64,000 nt of DNA, taken from Promethearchaeia archaeon. GTDB taxonomy: Archaea > Asgardarchaeota > Lokiarchaeia > Sigyniarchaeales > SOKP01. The notes beneath the pieces were generated by a model, which saw only the letters and a program-made list of their open reading frames with translations, did not search any database and was not told the DNA's origin. Location: the NCBI GenBank assembly GCA_029856045.1, contig JAHQWG010000016.1, positions 448,001 through 512,000 on the forward strand, in the 5' to 3' direction. The position numbers and the translations under genes are program-made. Shown in pieces: positions 61,878 to 64,000 of this stretch; positions within the stretch are counted from its first letter, which is position 1, and every line of letters begins with the position of its first letter.

Positions 61878-64000
61878 ATGGGAAAAAAAATTAATATTGA
61901 TAGAAAAATCCCAAAAATTACACTTATTTCAGCTAGTATTTTTATGAAACATATAACTGATGGTATTCAAGAAATCTATAATGAATTAGGCAAAATTTTT
62001 GAATTTAAGAGTTATTTTTTAAATGATGTAGATTCTGGAAAAGTCAAAAAAGAAGACTTTATCAAAAAAATCTATGAATCAGAGGTTATGCTTATTGACA
62101 TTCGTGGAAATTGCCCTACTGTTGAGATTTTAGTTGAAACATACGATAAAATGGAAAGAGAAAACCCTGAACTCTTCCAAGAAAAAACTATTGTTGCGCT
62201 TGTCGGAGGAAACAGTGAAATAAGGAGGCTTACTCAAATGGGTCCCTTTTTGGCGCGAAAAATACCTGCTCCTAAAAGCACAGAATATGGAACCGATGAG
62301 ATACCCGATTTGACTACCGCGGTAAGGTTTGGGCAAAAAATGACCGAAATGATGAGGTTCTTAGGAAGAATATTGCCAATTAAATCACTTAGGCACGCGC
62401 GTTATTGGGTTCTTATGATGAATTATTGGACTTATGGCTTTGCAGGGATGGCATCAAATCATAAAAATATGATTTTATTTCTTTTAAAACATTATTTAGG
62501 ACACAAGGATTTAGATGTATCTAAACCGGCAAAAATTCCATCATATGGAATTTATGATGTTAAAATGAATAAATATTTTGATAAATTAGATGATTACTTA
62601 ATTGAAAAACCTTTAAACGCGAATAAACAAACAATTGGCCTTTTTTATTATGGAGGTCTTTATTTTGAACAATCATTACCTATTGTTGAGGAATTTACTA
62701 ATTATTTATCAGATTATAATATAATTCCCGTGTTTTCAGATATTTTGACTAATGTGGAAGCACATGAGAAATTCTTTTTTAAAAAAGGATTAAAAATTGT
62801 TAGCCTAATCATAAATCTTCAATATTTTCAACTAAATGGCGGACCTTTGGGAGGTGATGGCTCAGTTACATTGGAATTATTCAAAAAAATGGATATACCA
62901 CATTTCAATCCAATTATTCAATTTGATATGTCTTACGAGGAATATCAAAATTCACAAGAAGGAATTATTCCAATTAATCAAATCATTGCGGTGGTAATGC
63001 CCGAATTGGACGGACGATTCGAAATGCTAACAGTTGGATGCATGAAAAATTTAGGTTATTCAGAAGAGATACATTCAGATGTCTTAGAAGTGGCACCATT
63101 AACAGAAAATATTAAATTCACAACTGAAAGAATAAGAAAATGGCTTAATTTACGAGAAAAATTAAATTCCGAAAAAAAAATTGCAATTATTATCTATAAT
63201 TACCCCCCAGGAGAAGATAAAATAGGAAATGCTGCATATTTAGATGTTTCAGAGTCATTGAGAAATTTATTAAACACTTTAAAAAAAGAAGGATATGCTA
63301 TAGAAAGTTTGCCCGAAGATAAAAACCTTGCAGAAATTTTTCTCAAAAATGGTTCTGTTAATAGTCCAAAATATACAAGTGTAGATAATTTTAATGGTAC
63401 ACTCTTAAGTAAAGGCAAATATTTAGAGTATTTTAATAGTTTGTCTAATAAGCTTCAACAAGAAATCATAGAATTTTGGGGTGAACCAATTGGAAAGATC
63501 ATGGTTGAAAATTCAAGCATAAAATTGCCAATTACTCAACTTAAAAATATTTATATCTGTTTACAGCCTTCCAGAAGCACTGTTTCAGGTGATCCTAATG
63601 ATTATCACAATAAAAATTTACCTCCTCATCATCAATATCTCGCCTTTTATAGATATATTGAAGATATAATAAAAGCTGACGCGATAATTCACATTGGAAC
63701 TCATGGAACAGAAGAATTTTTACCAGGAAAGGAATGTGCTGGAAGCTTTAATGATTATAATCTTAATTTATTAGGGTCCTTACCGAACATATATTATTAT
63801 CATATAACTAATACAAGCGAATCAGCCATTGCGAAAAGAAGGGCAAATGCACTAATAATTAATCATGCAGGACCTTCTTTTAAAAATTCTGATTTATATG
63901 AAGATCTTGAAAGACTCGAATCTTTAATCGTAGAATATCAAAATCAGTTTTCATTAGGTTCTTCTAGCTCCGTTGAATCAGTTAAATCAGAAAGAATTCG
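61878..64000 (+). CDS. cobN: CobN/ChlH family chelatase large subunit (runs off the window)
   Basis: Manual translation from ATG 61878, with the frame checked at both ends: QLNGGP, VVMPELDG, IIIYNYPPG, AAYLDV..S, QPSR, YHNKNLPPHHQY, HIGTHGTEEFLPGKE, ESAIAKRR. Confidence 0.9.
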   Translation, partial: MGKKINIDRKIPKITLISASIFMKHITDGIQEIYNELGKIFEFKSYFLNDVDSGKVKKEDFIKKIYESEVMLIDIRGNCPTVEILVETYDKMERENPELFQEKTIVALVGGNSEIRRLTQMGPFLARKIPAPKSTEYGTDEIPDLTTAVRFGQKMTEMMRFLGRILPIKSLRHARYWVLMMNYWTYGFAGMASNHKNMILFLLKHYLGHKDLDVSKPAKIPSYGIYDVKMNKYFDKLDDYLIEKPLNANKQTIGLFYYGGLYFEQSLPIVEEFTNYLSDYNIIPVFSDILTNVEAHEKFFFKKGLKIVSLIINLQYFQLNGGPLGGDGSVTLELFKKMDIPHFNPIIQFDMSYEEYQNSQEGIIPINQIIAVVMPELDGRFEMLTVGCMKNLGYSEEIHSDVLEVAPLTENIKFTTERIRKWLNLREKLNSEKKIAIIIYNYPPGEDKIGNAAYLDVSESLRNLLNTLKKEGYAIESLPEDKNLAEIFLKNGSVNSPKYTSVDNFNGTLLSKGKYLEYFNSLSNKLQQEIIEFWGEPIGKIMVENSSIKLPITQLKNIYICLQPSRSTVSGDPNDYHNKNLPPHHQYLAFYRYIEDIIKADAIIHIGTHGTEEFLPGKECAGSFNDYNLNLLGSLPNIYYYHITNTSESAIAKRRANALIINHAGPSFKNSDLYEDLERLESLIVEYQNQFSLGSSSSVESVKSERI

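Noticed and set aside
741-63418. The many 60-120 aa ORFs antisense or out of frame within long genes (e.g. 741-1007, 15882-16202, 18711-19076, 62130-62336, 63200-63418)
   Set aside because: They are shadows of well-supported genes, with no RBS or motifs; the last two lie antisense to cobN.
59846-64000. Chlorophyll biosynthesis / phototrophy
   Set aside because: ChlI/D and CobN/ChlH homologs are common in non-phototrophic archaea, and no other bch/chl genes are present.
1-64000. tRNA/rRNA genes and intact mobile elements
   Set aside because: By eye I saw no GC-rich cloverleaf or rRNA-like segment and no transposase or integrase ORF; tRNAscan-SE and ISEScan would confirm.

Overview
AT-rich archaeal chromosome segment, most consistent with an Asgard (Lokiarchaeia-like) archaeon. 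Supporting genes are an HMf-fold histone, a 20S proteasome beta subunit, CDC48, NOG1, a C-terminal RING protein, a roadblock-like protein, MfnE/MfnF and FwdF-like genes, plus GGTGA/GGAG RBSs and TATA boxes. I found no rRNA, tRNA, CRISPR array or intact transposase. The best candidate for an undescribed system is a split PadR-type regulon at 3.7-20.4 kb. One part is an operon encoding a membrane protein, two BtrH-like Cys/His papain-fold proteins, PadR, a DUF3795-like Cys-rich protein, a GyrI-like protein and a decayed uvrA 5' fragment. The other part is an intact class-II UvrA (DrrC/Ecm16-like) followed by a QW-repeat toroid protein. Both promoters carry the same 16-bp-phased ATATT(C/A)-N8-GAATAT operator array overlapping the TATA box, suggesting an inducible defence against DNA-targeting small molecules. 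An ~8 kb block (ion permease plus GT4/GT4/GH130/GT4 operon) separates the two halves. Other points of interest: a histone / non-catalytic proteasome beta / coiled-coil RING cluster; an hsp20-cdc48-regulator heat-shock operon with a perfect 9-5-9 operator; a structured leader before a radical SAM gene; probable ATA start codons; a permease-roadblock pair; an orphan m6A methyltransferase; and a ChlI/D-CobN chelatase operon at the right edge.
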